Below, in pieces: positions 1-13,851 of a stretch of DNA of 64,000 nt. Origin of the DNA: Raillietiella orientalis (taxonomy: Eukaryota); NCBI GenBank assembly GCA_036172245.1, contig JAYWIR010000009.1:4464001-4528000 (forward strand), given 5' to 3'. The position numbers were made by a program, and so were the translations under genes. The first letter of the stretch is position 1; each line of letters opens with the position of its first letter. Below the pieces are notes generated by a model. It searched no databases and had not been told where the DNA came from. It saw only the letters and a list, made by a program, of their open reading frames with translations.

Positions 1-3000
1 CCCAGGATTCTTCCTCCGTCCCCCCGGAGTGGCACGCTTTTCGACATTTTCATTCAACCAAATCTTTTGGTAAAGATTCGTTTTTGGCTCGTATCCCGAA
101 AGAGACAAAAAGCAAAACAAAGCAAAACAAAAAAAAAGAAACAGAACGCCGTACGTTACCCCTATGGGGAATTTTTTCCCCTTTACTGAAATTATATTCT
201 AAAATTATTTAAATGACAATATTCGTTCGCAATGAAAGGAGGATGAGTTTTCCACAGAAACGATCGCATCTCTGATCATCTTCTTGAACGCTGACTCCTT
301 TTCTGCGATCGCTTTTCCCAAAATTGACAGGCAATGCCGAATTTCCACGATGTTGAACTTTCCAAGGGGAAGGGGGGAGGGGGATGCTCCAGGAGGAAGA
401 CTTGCAGATAACTTGCCTGTTATTCATCGCGGAAGAAGCAAACTCGCATCGGGAGCCTGCCATGAATCCAGAGATCACGTTTCTTTATCTGCCGGCTTGC
501 TACGACGAAACTGACATGATGATGGCAGCAGGGATCTCAAGATCTCGACAAAAATTCCCGAGCACATCTCTTTCCGATTATCTATCATCCCAGCTACATA
601 TCCAACTCCTATAGACTTCGATGCTTTTTTTTTCCATTTTCTTTTTGTGCAACGCCTTTTTTTTTTTTTCACGAGAACTTTGCTCGTTTTCATAACCTCC
701 TGCAGTTACTGAATGGCTAATAGCAACAATAAAGGATTATTTTAGAAAGTTAATAACTTTAATTCCTGGTAATAAACCCGGCTAGCCTATGTTCTACTCG
801 ACGTATCATGATTCCCTTAAGGATATGCATTGCACTCAGGTTCAGACTTTGACGATAAACATTTGAGACCAGAAAAAAAGAAAAAAAAATTCAGAATCGG
901 TGCTTTTCACTGCCAGTTGTTATATTTTCCCTTTATCATCAGACGTTTTGCTAATTTATTATGCATACCTGGTTTGCAGCAGGCCCTTGACGCTCATGGT
1001 TCCAAGTGTTCGTGTCCGGGAACACCGTGTGCTCTTCGCAAGATACGCGGAAATCCGATATGCTTTCGTGTCGGATTATGTGTTCGTGTGCACGGCGGCG
1101 TGTCCGCAGGCCCACACGCGTCTCTTACGGCGATTTTCGGTCGACATTCCGTCGGTTCTCCATACTCCGTCGATGGACTTTGATGGAGGGAGTAATTTTT
1201 AGATAGCGTGTGGTAACCGTGCAACACGGAAAGCAGGAAGTGCCAGAAGCCCGAGTTTCCATGGAACACTTCGATGCCTTCTCCTTCTCCAAGCCAAGGA
1301 TCGGATTCGCAGTCTCCTCCGTCGTTGCCTTGGCATTTTTCTAACGCTATCACTGGGAATTTTTCGAGCATGATCCTTTGCTCCGCTGTGGATTTGCTGG
1401 CAGTCGGGCAAGCTGAAGAAGAAGAATCACGTGCGTATTTCGAGGGGGATCACTCGAGTCACGATCCTCTTACAGTGGGGAATCTCGAAGTCTTCTAAAG
1501 GGGAAAACACTTCAGGTGTTTGAGAGAGCCCTACCTTTTTAACGATATCGATTCTTTTCAAAATAATGTGAATCGGTGTTTTTTTTATCCGTACAGCTTG
1601 CTAAGTATCCTGGGACCATCACAGCTGTCAGCTGAGTGCTTCCTTATATGTCCTTTTTATCTGTACCGATAATTCACTGAAGATCTAATCAGCTGGGCAC
1701 CTTGGAATAGGGCCCGTAGTTAAAATTTTCAAACGACTATTGCGACATCGAAATAGGTTCGGGCGGCCGCAGATTCGTGCGATCTGAGACTCCTGCTTTC
1801 ACACCAAAGCCTACTTGCCCCTAGCCCGGAATCATTGTGGAAAATGGGGTGCGAAAGGATGTGTACATTACTCAGCTGTTCTCGAGTAGCTTTGGATGAC
1901 GACAACTTCTCAATTTCAGGACGATGCGCACGATGAATGGAAAATAAGGTGGTTTGAGCTTGCTGAATGGACAGCTAAAGAATTTGAAGGGGGGGGGGGG
2001 GGGGAGGGACATTTCGGAGAGAAAAAGGGAGGCGTGTTTATGGCAGAGGACGGAAATGGTTGCTTTCGAGCCCTGAGGGTCATAAATTGAAACCGATCAG
2101 ACGATCTTTCTTGTTGGGGAATATTTGGGATCCGCACTACTTGTGCACGGCACGTAGAGATTGCACTGTTGCGTTTTCCACCACGGTGTCCCTTACCCGG
2201 AAGAACGGAAAGCCGTGGGTTCGGATTTCTAACGATCGGTGTACGCACACATCTCCGTTCCCGTACTCTCTCCAGGCTGCTCGGAACGGTGGCTTTTCCA
2301 CGTTCCGTGGACACGCGAGTCCTCACGTCTCCCGGTCGGGAACGAGCGTTCCCGCTTTTCCGGCGAGGAAGTACGGAAAGTGACGGGAATCACCCGCACG
2401 CGAGGCGGAGTTCCTCACCGGGGAACGTCCGCGGTTCGTGGGGGGGCAGCCGGCCCCACGTCGAGCAGAGTCGGCAGTGGTGTCCCAGGGACCACGGCAA
2501 ATTACTTTGCTGGGTGCCGGGGAGGAGGTTTGCGATCCCCCGGGAACGCGCGGCGGCCCGGAGCAGCCCCGCTCGATTCGCGTACGTCGGCAGCATCTTT
2601 GTACACGGTGTGTGTTTGCGACCCCTGCGACGTGAGGGCTCCGTACGGCCAAAGGGTTCGAGGCTGGTGATGGCCCGTCTCGGGGCTCCTCCCGGCCCGG
2701 CAGGAGCGGGCTGCGGGCCCGCTCGCCAAGTGTTTCCGCAGGAATGCACCGGAAAGGGTGTAGGAGGCAGTCTGGGACGAAAAGCTGTGAAAGTAGTGAT
2801 TCTGTTCCGAGTTGATAGTAATCCATTCGAAGACAAACTCGAATAGGTTTTTCAAATTCTGCACATTTTTGAAAATTAAAAAAGAAAACAAAAAAAAGAG
2901 ACGTTCAGTTATTTATGGTTTCTTTGCTATGGATTCCCATCAATCGTTATGTCCAAACCATGTAAATAAGCATGCATTGTAAGCTTTCATGTGTCATTCC

Positions 3001-3236
3001 TCGTTAAAGATTAGTTTTTGATGTTTTTGTTTTGTATCGAATTGAATATAAAAATGATTGTAAAATTTTGTACTGTACTAGATTTCTCCTTTTGACAGAA
3101 TGTGATAATTACATGAAGCATTGTTCCCCTTCATCATTTGGAGAAAATGTACATTTATTCATTTGCTTACGGTAGCAGAGTGATTTTGATTTTCACCATA
3201 AATACTCAGCACGTATGTTTATCCCTAAAAAATTTA

Positions 3237-6200
3237 ATGATGCTGTTGTTTTTGGTATTAAATATACAAAAATCAAATTCAGATTTGCTGAATTGTGAGA
3301 AAACGAATCAGTTTCTTGAAACTAGGAAATATAAAACTTCCTTACTCAGATATCCATCTGCAGGTTAGTGAATAAATTTTAGCTGATCTTGGTACTGAAG
3401 GTACAATTGTATATGTCTGTTCCCAGGATTAGTATATTAGTGTAATAAATATCAGTGTTAATTATTTCTGAAGAAAGCAAGCATATTTTGATGTATTTGA
3501 GTGTGGATCCTAATAATGCGTGTATTTATAGGAATGCACCTTCAGATATGTAAATCAGAAGCTAGCTGTTGTAGTCCTGAAATTGAGAAGAAGTTATCAT
3601 TAAAAGCAGCTCAAGAACATCTGAGTAATATACACAGCTTTTTGGAGCCCATTCACACCCTGTTTTCTACAAAAGCTACAAGTTTCGATCGTAAGTTCCA
3701 AGTAAAAATACTTCACATTCTTCAAAACTTACTATTGGCTGAGAGTTCTTATAGGAGCAGAAATTACCACATTTCTTAATTTAAACATTTATTTAGACAA
3801 AAATACATCAAATAATAAGGGCTAATGTAAATAAGCCTTCATATTGCTTCCAGGGAGTTGGATTCAGTGTAAAAAAGTTTAGGTAATAATATAAAACTTC
3901 AGCATCTAGAGAAACAAAAAATAATTCACAAGTCTTCCAGCTAGAGTGATGTACAATTTTGTGGTGGATTATGTGTACACAATGTGGCTTATTGGGTGCC
4001 TTTTCACATTACAGCTAGCAAATTTAGAAAAGCAAAGTTCTATGAAAAACGTTTTCCCCCAAATTTCCAGTTTCTGTGGATGTCAAGCTTTGCAGAGTTT
4101 AATATTTTCCATTTAAAATTATAGGGTTGATAAGTGAATTTTAATGTTCACATGCACAACCATTAGTTTTCAAATCTTGTGATTGTGACAGTTCTGGAAA
4201 TTGATATCTAACTTTAGTCAAAAAATCAGTCATTTGAAAACAGTTGTTGCTACTTTGCAATAATTTGCATCTTTGATGCATTTTTTAACCCCGAAAAATA
4301 TAAGTGTTGATGATTCAGAATGTACATGTTCTTGACTTTTTGCAAGGTTATTTCATAATGGGGATACTTTGTAAAAATAGAAATCTTGACTACCAATTTA
4401 AAGTTGAAAAGCAAATTTGGAGAGAATCAAAATTTAAGATAAAATGATGGCTAGAAAGATAAGCAGTTGACATAAATAAATGTTCACATACATATGTGCG
4501 CACACTTTTTGTTTACAATGCAGCATTTATTGATTTTTATGTTGTCCTTACATGTGATTTTAGTTGCAATTATGATTTAAGATTTTATGCTTATTGAAAA
4601 AATAATTCTGCAATAAATGAGTTAGCATATTGCTAGGATCCAAGAGTGAAATTTTTGGATTTGTCCAGGTTCCTGATGCACTTTTATGTATTTTTGAGTA
4701 CTTACTTTCTGAGCAGTAGTTTCGAATGTGAGGAAATGATCTAATGATCCAAATCCAGCAAGATAGCATCTGCATTATTATGCAGATGATTCTTCTTTTG
4801 CTTTGATACTGCACTGCATGATCATTCTTCTTTTTTATGGAAAGTTGTTGTCTTCTGTTTAGTACATGATTTTGTGATCTGGTACTCACTTTTGTGTTAC
4901 CAAACAAATGTCTCTTAGCAAAAATATATCAGGTCTACCTGGTATGTAATGCTTTGCCTGTATTGCAAGGATAAAATGGAAGTCATTGAAGCTTATTGCC
5001 TTGGGATTTTTTAAAGTTTAAAAAAGTTTTGTTGGTGCACACAGATGAGTAAATATGCATATAAGTGCTTTCTATATATATATATATATGTATGTGGCCA
5101 GCATGCTGTTTTTTGAAGCTCGTATACTTAAGTGTAATGTAGAAGTATTTCCGCTGATGTCCTATAAATTCTCATAATTGTTGATTATGAATTTTTCAGA
5201 GACTTTTCGTGAACTACTGCGTATTTCAAAGCAAGATTTGCATCAGATGTACAAATCTACCTATGGTGTTCTTTTTGAAAAAAATGCTTACATCTTCCAT
5301 CAACTTTTTCAACACTTGGAAAATTATTATATTTTTGGAAACATTGATCTTGAAGAAAAGATGAAAGAATTCTTTTCTACACTTATGCAAAAAATGTTCA
5401 CTATGTTCAATTCACAGTATAAATTCAATGACACGTAAGTACCTCAGATTTCTTTCTCAAACTTCTGTACTAAGATGTAATGTCACATAGAAGCATGGCA
5501 TGCATCAGTGAATCTATGAAGTTTCTGAAGCCATTTGGTGATGTACCTCAAAAACTGGTGGTGCAAGTGCGTCGTTCATTTGTAGCCACCAGGACATTCA
5601 TGTATGCTTTGCGCATGAGCAGAGACATCATCTCTCTGATGTTTAAAGTGAGTTGGATTTCCATTATTAATCTGCTTGACCTTGTCCATGCAGACTAAGT
5701 ATATAGGTTGGATACCCTAACTACATCTGATCATATATAATAGTTGGTAACATGATGCGGTTTATGGTTCTTTATAACATTTACTGATTTTTAAAGGTAT
5801 TCAATTGAATGTTTCAGTGCCAAATATCACATGGTTTCTGGTTAGGTATGTGGATATAAATTAGCATGCTGGATTTTTTAGAGATATCTTTTAAGCACGT
5901 TTTGTTAAGTTCATAATTGCTGATGAGTTGAATTAGTATTGCATAACATTCATCAAATTATGACACAGCTTGTAGAAATGAATAAGAATGATATAATACA
6001 TTCAAAGAAAAAACTAATATGTATAGTGTTTTCTCCTTAATAAAAACTAATTACTTAACACATTTAAGTAAAACATACAGTCCTCAAGACCCCGAGTTAG
6101 AAGACAATTATCTGAGTGTATGCAATTTAATGATTTTACACAGTGATCAGCTCACTAGAAACAAAAATGGTTTTGAAAAAATCCATGTAAGCATGCATCA

Positions 6201-9200
6201 AATAGGGCATCCTAATAATGGGAAAGTTAAAGTTGATTTTGCATTAATTATCTCAAAAGAGCAATTTCCCCAATATCCTTATTGCAATACATTTTATAAA
6301 TAAAGACCTTAAAACCGGTTTACCTGCTTTTTCTTTTAGTTCTGTTTATATGATTACAATTAAATACTAATTCATTCCTCAGAATTAAAGATCTAATACT
6401 GCATAATTGTACATATGTTTTAAAGAGGCTTATTTAGTAGAATTATCAACTGTTTAATAGCAATAGTCATAAAAGCCTCTCCAAAGAGCGTTGAAAATAT
6501 TTTTAATCCATGTATCGAAAATCTCGTTATTTCTATTTATCTATTTTTCATTTAGATGGTATACTCCTCGTTTTATGGTACTCTTCATAGGTATTGTGTA
6601 CCTCGTAATTGTTTAGAACTGAATGTAAATATTAAAAAGAAAAAGGTGTACAGTGTGCTGGTTATGTTTTCCATTAGGTATTTTACTTTATAAACCATGT
6701 AATTCGGTCCTGTTATTCCTTTTACTAGTCTTTATATTGAAGAAAGGAAGTTTTCTTTGACATTTATGCTTTAAGTTACGTCTCCTTACTTTCATTCAAA
6801 GATTCCTCTTTCATCATTGATTCCGTATCTGAAGTAAGGAGTAGGTTTAATGGTGTCACAAGTATGTCACTTAAAGGTGTACTCACATTGATAGGTTTTG
6901 AGAGATAGTGAATGTTCCATTTCATAGGGAAATTGGATGTAGTGAAAAGAGAATCCAGTTCAGAGAAAATTAGCTGTTAGTATTTGAAACATTTCTTGCT
7001 AGTTAAGTTTTTTTGGTATCTAGCTTTTTCACAGAAATTGAGAGTACTGTAAACATAATGAACAGCTTTTGGGAATTATTCAGGAGAAGCAGCAAGGATG
7101 TCACTGGAAGGAATTTCAGTGAAATTTTTTATTTCAGTTGTTCTTTTGGAATGCCTTCACCTTCTAGTTACTTGTTGGAATGATTGGTTTTTGGAAACTA
7201 GTTAGAAAGTGGCCTTTTGAAATAAGTACATGTGATGAAAGTAAGCTTTTGTGAGGTTTTTTAGTGATTATGGTGGTAGAGTTTGTACAGTAAGTTTTTT
7301 TTGTTGTAATTATGAAGAATAACGAATAATATCTAGAAGTTGAAAAAAGTTAGAAAAAAGCAGTTTCCTGACGGATTTCCTCATTGCAGATGAAAATTAA
7401 CAAAAAGTGTGGTGATGATCTTATGATGATGAAATATTGTCCCGTCTGTGATGGAGTTCCTGATTTAACTGTCTGTGAAGATTACTGTCTTAACATAATG
7501 GAGGAATGTTTTATTTATGTCAGTGATATTAAATCCTACTGGAGTTCATTTCTTGGTAAGCATTGCCATAGGCCATGAATTACGTACTTTTTATTTTGAG
7601 TTTGGAAGGATGCAGGAATTGGATCTTTATGGAATGAGTGTAGTTATTAAGTTCATTAAAACGCCGCATAATTCGGATGTGCAGAGTGTAATGTTTGCCC
7701 TTTTATATGTATGTGTGTTTATTGTCACCCTTGCATTCTTTGGATTTACATGCTCTCAGTTTTGCATGGTACATTCTCAACTTCTATTTTAGAAATAAAA
7801 ATGTAAGTAGGAGACCATTTTGTCAGTGAAATGTGCAGACAAAATGATGTCGATTTTTCTGTGATTGAAGAAAAAAAAGCGTTTTTCTTAAACGGTATTG
7901 TACCTTTAAGACGTTAATGGTCATGTTGATGTATCACTTCCGAGGCTGAGTTCTTAGTTTATTAGTGATGGTCATAAAATCCTCTCCGAAGAGTGTTGAA
8001 AATGTTTTTAATCCATGTATCGAAAATCTCGTTATTTCTGTTTATCCGTTTTTCATTTGGATGGTATACTACTCGTTTTATGGTAGAGTTTTTAATAATC
8101 CTTGCAGAAATGACTGAGTGAATTAGATTATGACACTTTTGTAGAAGTGTCAGGACCCAGGATGGGGATATCCATCAAAATGCATGGAATCTGTTTAGCA
8201 TATGAACAGCCTAAGGTTAGGTTTTCAGACGCATAGTTAATGGGGTTGGTGTGTGTGTGTGTGTGTGTTTGTGTTTTTGTTTTCCGGTAAGGTCGAGCTC
8301 CGCAGGCCTTTTTTTGTAATACTTGAGGGACCGTGCATTTTACCGCATGGATGAGCATGCTATAGAAGATACGTCGAAACAAACAACGATAAATTCAAAA
8401 TTTTGCCATTAATTGCTTACATTGGTTGGAAATCGATATGGTGAAAAAATAGGCATTCTGAAGGGAAGAAAAAATGGTCCGCAACTCTCTGAAGGCCTTC
8501 GTGTCCTTACGACCAAGTCCCTGAAGGAAGTCAGAAAGTGCATGCAACGTGTGGTAGCTGTCCGGGAAGTCATCGACGATAAATACGTGATCGTTGGTGC
8601 TTAATCTTCGTTTGGAAGCAGTCGAATCTTTTTAGGACTGCAGCACCTCATGCAGTCAATTCATCAATGTCGGCCGTCGATTTTTCACCCGAATACCCGA
8701 GGTGCTGCTGCATGCGCTCAGTTTGCTGCGGTGAATGTTTGTAACCTTCGTTTCCATTTCCTAGGGAAAGACTCCATTTCACTTTTTCCCCGTACAGCTG
8801 TAGGTGGGTTTGTGTATTGCTCAAATGATGAACTTGTTGCTGCCGATAGACTTGAAAAGGGCAAATCTCGATCGAGTTCGTCAGCAGAATACGGTCTGAT
8901 GTGTCAGAGAGTTTAGGAAGCACCTAGACATCGCCTTGAAACATATGCGTTCTTCGTACCAAGGAGGGAATGCAGGCGGGGGAGGAAGAAAAGTTGTAAC
9001 CTTCAGGGGATGCTTTTAAGTAGGATGATCAGTGTATATGTGGACCCAGAATTGTTATTTCAAGGAAAAGCCAAATAGCGGTGCACAACTCGAGAGGTAT
9101 CGCAAGAAGGCTGAAAAATGTAAGTCGTGCCACCAGCATGTAAATCGGAAATTTGCAGACAAAATCAGCTGACGACTGTGAAGCCCACGGTTACGTGACG

Positions 9201-12200
9201 AAAGCCGAAAGTTTTTTTTTTTTTTTTAACACAAGGAGTAGTGATTTTGTGTACAGCATCGACGAAACCGGTTGGAATTCATTGCAGCTCGCGATCGTGA
9301 CAACACACAAGATGGTTGGACCACATGCAGGATATATCTATACATCGTAAAAGATATACATATCGTGGGTGGATCACCCTTCCGCCTCGTGCTGATTTAA
9401 ATGGGAACTACGGGACTTTTCCTTTCGATTGACAGATTCAAGAGTGTCCTGTGCTTCCCTGCTTGCCCCTCAGCGTTTTCAGATAACTTCGCGAACGCGT
9501 TCCTTCGTTGCTATGGCCTTCCCCTTCCCGACTCAGAATAAGGAAACCGAAGCACAAGAAGCGCAAAACGGTGGCGTTTGCAAGAGGTCTGCGTATGGCA
9601 CCCGGCGATTTGTCTTCTTTCCGTTTTCGAGTACATTAATGGCGTCTTTTTAAAAGTCATGTCCTCGTCCGACCAGTGGAGAAGATTAGTGGAAACGTTA
9701 GAGTGCCCGTGCGGGAACGGTCGCAAACACAGCTCTTGCTGAAAGAGATGAGAATGAGGGAAGCATGCCCCGTTTTCCAAGGAGTTGGGATGGCGGTCAT
9801 GTAAAAAAAGCCGCTGCTACGTGATTCTCGACGTGTTCCAAGATGAAGGACCAAAAACGGGAGAGCGCGGGATGACTTTTTCGAGATGCTGGAAGAGGAG
9901 CTTCGAACCTGGAGCGATGCTTCGAAAAGTGAGCCGTTGACGACCGGCAAAGATTCGTAGGCATCCTGACTGCGAATTGAGCAATGTCTGGAAGTTGCTG
10001 TGTCTCCGATTGGTGTCTCCGATTCCCGGGATCTACGGTTGATGGTACGCTACACAGTTGGCCTCCCCGTACCGAAGCTTTGGACCGTTTTTCCGCAGCA
10101 GCTGTGAGCCAGGGGAAACCCGAAGAGCTTCTGTCTACAAAGGCCGGCCCATCACCTGGACCAGCTTCAGTTTCGAATTCATTTTCACTACTACATCTCT
10201 TGCTGCTGCATTCAAGTACACATTTGCACAGTGTCCAGCAGTATTTTTGCATGTTTTTTTCTGCGGAAAACTGTTTGGTGCTGGCCTGCAGTTTAATTGT
10301 ACGGGCGTTTGTCATGGCTCGTTTACTTGATTTTTGCTTCTCGTTGATACGTTGGGGGGGCGGGGGGGGGGGAGACGTATATGTTTCTCATGGTTCAGCA
10401 TACTTGAGCACTCACATGTCTGCAAAGTCGAGGAATGCATGCTGTTTGTCTCTCATTCTGGTAAATGACTTCAGGGGCTCTTTGAAGGGAGCAGTTGAGC
10501 ATGTCGATAAGAGCGAGCTTGCCTCCGTCTTGTGGAACAAGCCAAAGACTTCTTCCGTGTTCGGCCGTTGCGGTTTGATGGCCATTGGATTCCGCAACGC
10601 GCCGGAGGTCAAGAAAACGTGGATTTCTGCATGCGGTTTGCGTAGAAGGTGATTCAGAAGGATACATTTAAATTTTGAGTTCAAACTTGTTCCGGCAAGA
10701 TGCAATCCGTGCATCTCAAGTTTTTTCGCGCCGCCCTCAGCGCCGGTGTACGGAATGTACGGGGTTTCGCTGTTCGGTTTTGTGTGGTTTGTGGTCGTTT
10801 CCGGTCACGGTGCTCTTCGGGCGTAACGTTTGCTCTGCTGTTTTCCGCCGGTGGTCTCTCCTGATGCTCATCAGACGGATGGTACGAGCAGCGTTGTTCA
10901 CGTGCACGTGTAGAAGCTTCTCTCGAGTTGGCTGCCGTTCTCGGATTTTCCTTTTTTTTTTTTTTTCCTTTCTGTCTTGGATATGAGTGGATCGGATAGG
11001 AAAGTTCTGAATTTCCTTTCACGTTGCTCCGATGCCCAGCAACTCTGGCGTGCCTTCCTTCTCATTGACCGAAATCGTGAGTCCTTCTTCCCAAGTGCTG
11101 TGCGAAATGCATGCGGCTCTGACGTAATCGAAAAGAGTTTCCCCGTAGTGTTGGAAATGCGTGACCAACGGGCGAGTCTCCCTGCAAGAACGTTTCTTCC
11201 TCACGAGTCCTCCGTGGCCGGCGGTCTCTGCCGTTTTTACGGACGGGAAAGGCCGGACGTTTTCAAAGTCCGCGCCGGATCCCGCATTGTATTAGGGATG
11301 CATGTGGTGCGAGCCAAGATGTACGACTGTGTGTACAACCAGCTCTCTCCAGAGAAGCAGCGTCAGTTGTGGTCATTTGTCTCTTCGATCGTAGCAAGAA
11401 GGGGAAGTGCTCTTTTAGATTTATCAGAGGCGAGGTCATCTCGCAAAAGACCAGCTTTCGTGTTGACAAAACTGCATTCGAGCGATGCAAACTCCCCGGC
11501 AGCTCGCGCACCTTTTTCCGAGATCCCGTTGCTCGGTGCTTGTTCGTACGTGTCGCCCTGTCAGGTCACGGGAAGAGTTCGTTGCGAACTGTGCAGCTTC
11601 GGTGCGGTCGCGCCACCCATGCCAGCTGGGTCCCGGATCCTCTCCCGGTTTACGGTTTCGGGATGGGCACGGACTCCCCGGTGACGCGAGGAGTTCGTTT
11701 TGCGTCCGCCGGAAGGATGCGGTGACCCCAGCAACGTTCAGAAAAGACGGCAGCGCGAACGAATCGGGAGACGGTCCTGTCTCCTTGATCGTCAAGTACC
11801 CACGTACGAACTTTCATCCCGCGTGCCTCGAGACGGGAGCTTCCAACGGAGAATGCGAGTTTTAGAGGAATTTTCGTTGGAAACCTCCTGCCGTGAATCA
11901 AGCGATTGATCCGGGATTTTCGGGAAGTATCAAGTACCGTGTTTTTTTTTTGGGGGGGGGGGGGTCGTGTACTGCGAATGACGATGGGGGGGAGTGCTGT
12001 GTACATCGGACACCGACAGACGCGGACGGACGAGACACACCGCGCGAGCCTCTGCGAAATCGAAAACTGAAAGTTGGCAACGGCGTGTCTTTGACTTTTG
12101 TATGATGGGAGAATCCGTCGTCGGATCACCACCGTTGGCCGCAGCAGGGGAAGGGGGGAGGGGGTCGCCAAGTTTGAGAGATTGCATTTTTCTTCGTTTC

Positions 12201-13851
12201 CGTTGATTCCCGTGTAAATTTTAGCCGCCAGTTGCCCGTGCGAATGCATCCTCCCATTCATTGACCGTTCGTAACGCGTTCCCAGTAGGTAATCGTTTCG
12301 TCGTAGGCGTACATTGGACTTTTCTCTCTCCTCCCTCTCTCTCTCTCGTTTTGTTAACACTAACAGTCTTCCTGTATCCATTGCACAAGAGGAAATCAGC
12401 GTTTGCCCTTTGTACGAATACCGCGTGCGTTTTCCCACCCGACGGGCCGGCTGACGCGGGAGCGGATTCCGAGTAGAGAACCGGAGAGATGCGTGTGTTT
12501 ATCTGATGCGCCTGCGGATCCGAAAACGCGGTGGAAAGTTCAGGGTTTTCCGAGGAGGAGGACGACGACGACGTGGGAAGGGTGAAGAGGATTCGAATGC
12601 TCCACGGCGGCGGCGGCGGCGGCGCCATCTGCTCGCCCGCGTGCCTCCGACCCGCAAATTCGCCACCCCACCCCTACGATTCGCTTGCGGCAGGAGCGTC
12701 TTTCGCTGTTGGGCAGTCCGGGGTGTGGCACTTTTGTCCGGGGCGCGTCCGCCCCGCCACCATCCCATGCCTACCCGCTTCCCGTAGAACAAGAACCTGA
12801 TCCCGTTTGCATTACCAGAAGCTCTCGTGAACCTGGCGGACAGGTTGGAGGGCCCTTTCAACATCGAATCGGTGGTCGGCCCCATGGATATCAAGATTTC
12901 CGACGCGATCATGAATTTCCAGGAAAACGGCCAAGAGATTACGCAGCAAGTAAAGGCAGAAGAAAAAAAAAAGGGGGGAAAAGACTTTTAGGGCACGCTT
13001 TGGCCCCGAATAGGTGTTCGGCAGATGCGGCAAGCCGAAATTACGGAAGCGGGACTCTCCGGCAGGGACCCAGGCGAGGACCACCAACTCGGAAGGCAGG
13101 AACGGAAGTTACCCGGTGGTGCCGGAGCTGAGCAAGATCGTGCACGAAGTCAAAAGCAAGGTACGCCAAAACATCCCGTTTGACCCCGGCGGCTGCCTGA
13201 ACCCACGGACAGGTGAAAAGCTACAGGAACCACTTCGACAGCCTGCCCGCCCACGTCTGCAAGGAGTACGTGCCGCTGACGTCCACGGCCGCCGCCGGCG
13301 GTGGGTGCTGGAAGGGTCGCAACGTCAGCAGGTAGGGAAGCGGCGGGATGCCGTGAGGTTTCTCTTCGCAGTAGCCCCGCGGGGCTTTTCGGTTACGCGG
13401 CCGACCTGGAAGCTAAGCAGCGGATCCAGGAGAAGCTTTTGGACATGTCGCTCAAGCTGCAGAACGCGCACAGCGGCGTCGACGTCAGGTGGGAGGATTT
13501 CAGTGAGTGACCCCTCCCCCGTCGCTTTCGAAACAGCGCCTCGGCGCCCTTCCCTCCCCCCCGCCAGCCATCCTCCGGGACGACGAGTACGACAACGGGA
13601 GCGGCGAGTCCAGCGCCGACGAGGAGGGCGCGGAGAGCGGAAGCGGCGAAAACGTCCCCCAGGAAACGGCGCCCAGGGCGTCCGACGCCGTGGACGCGGA
13701 CTTCAGTTTCCCCGACCCCGGCAGCGAGAACAATCTCGAAGGGACGGCCCCCCCCCCACTTCCCACTTTCCCCCGCATGTCCTTGCACAGGGCCGTCCTT
13801 ATCTACATGCTGCCGCAGTTGGTGACGTGGATCGAGAAGAGCGTGTTCTGA
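3237..13851 (+). CDS. dlp: Glypican (dally-like / GPC4-GPC6 type), 10 coding exons: 3237-3363, 3532-3690, 5200-5434, 5491-5647, 7390-7555, 12819-12949, 13014-13160, 13213-13331, 13372-13502, 13568-13851
   Basis: Exons join in phase at GT-AG sites. Signal-peptide-like [15 protein letters not shown], then glypican motifs [46 protein letters not shown]...[46 protein letters not shown]+RKR (furin-like), CW.G, Ser-Gly heparan sulfate sites (NGSGE, ESGSGE) in an acidic tract, and a hydrophobic GPI-type tail [13 protein letters not shown]. The start codon could instead be the in-frame ATG at 3147. Confidence 0.93.
6466..6580 (+). repeat. 115-bp dispersed repeat, copy 1 (glypican intron 4)
   Basis: Ungapped direct match to 7971-8085 with about 9 mismatches by eye (gtcataaaa.cctctcc.aagag.gttgaaaat.tttttaatccatgtatcgaaaatctcgttatttct...ctcgttttatggta). 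Confidence 0.95.
7971..8085 (+). repeat. 115-bp dispersed repeat, copy 2 (glypican intron 5)
   Basis: Direct repeat of 6466-6580. Confidence 0.95.

Noticed and set aside
200..2850. Short ORFs and a GC-rich patch upstream of glypican as a separate gene
   Set aside because: No recognisable protein and no coherent splice chain. It could be promoter or TE-derived sequence, but I cannot support a call.
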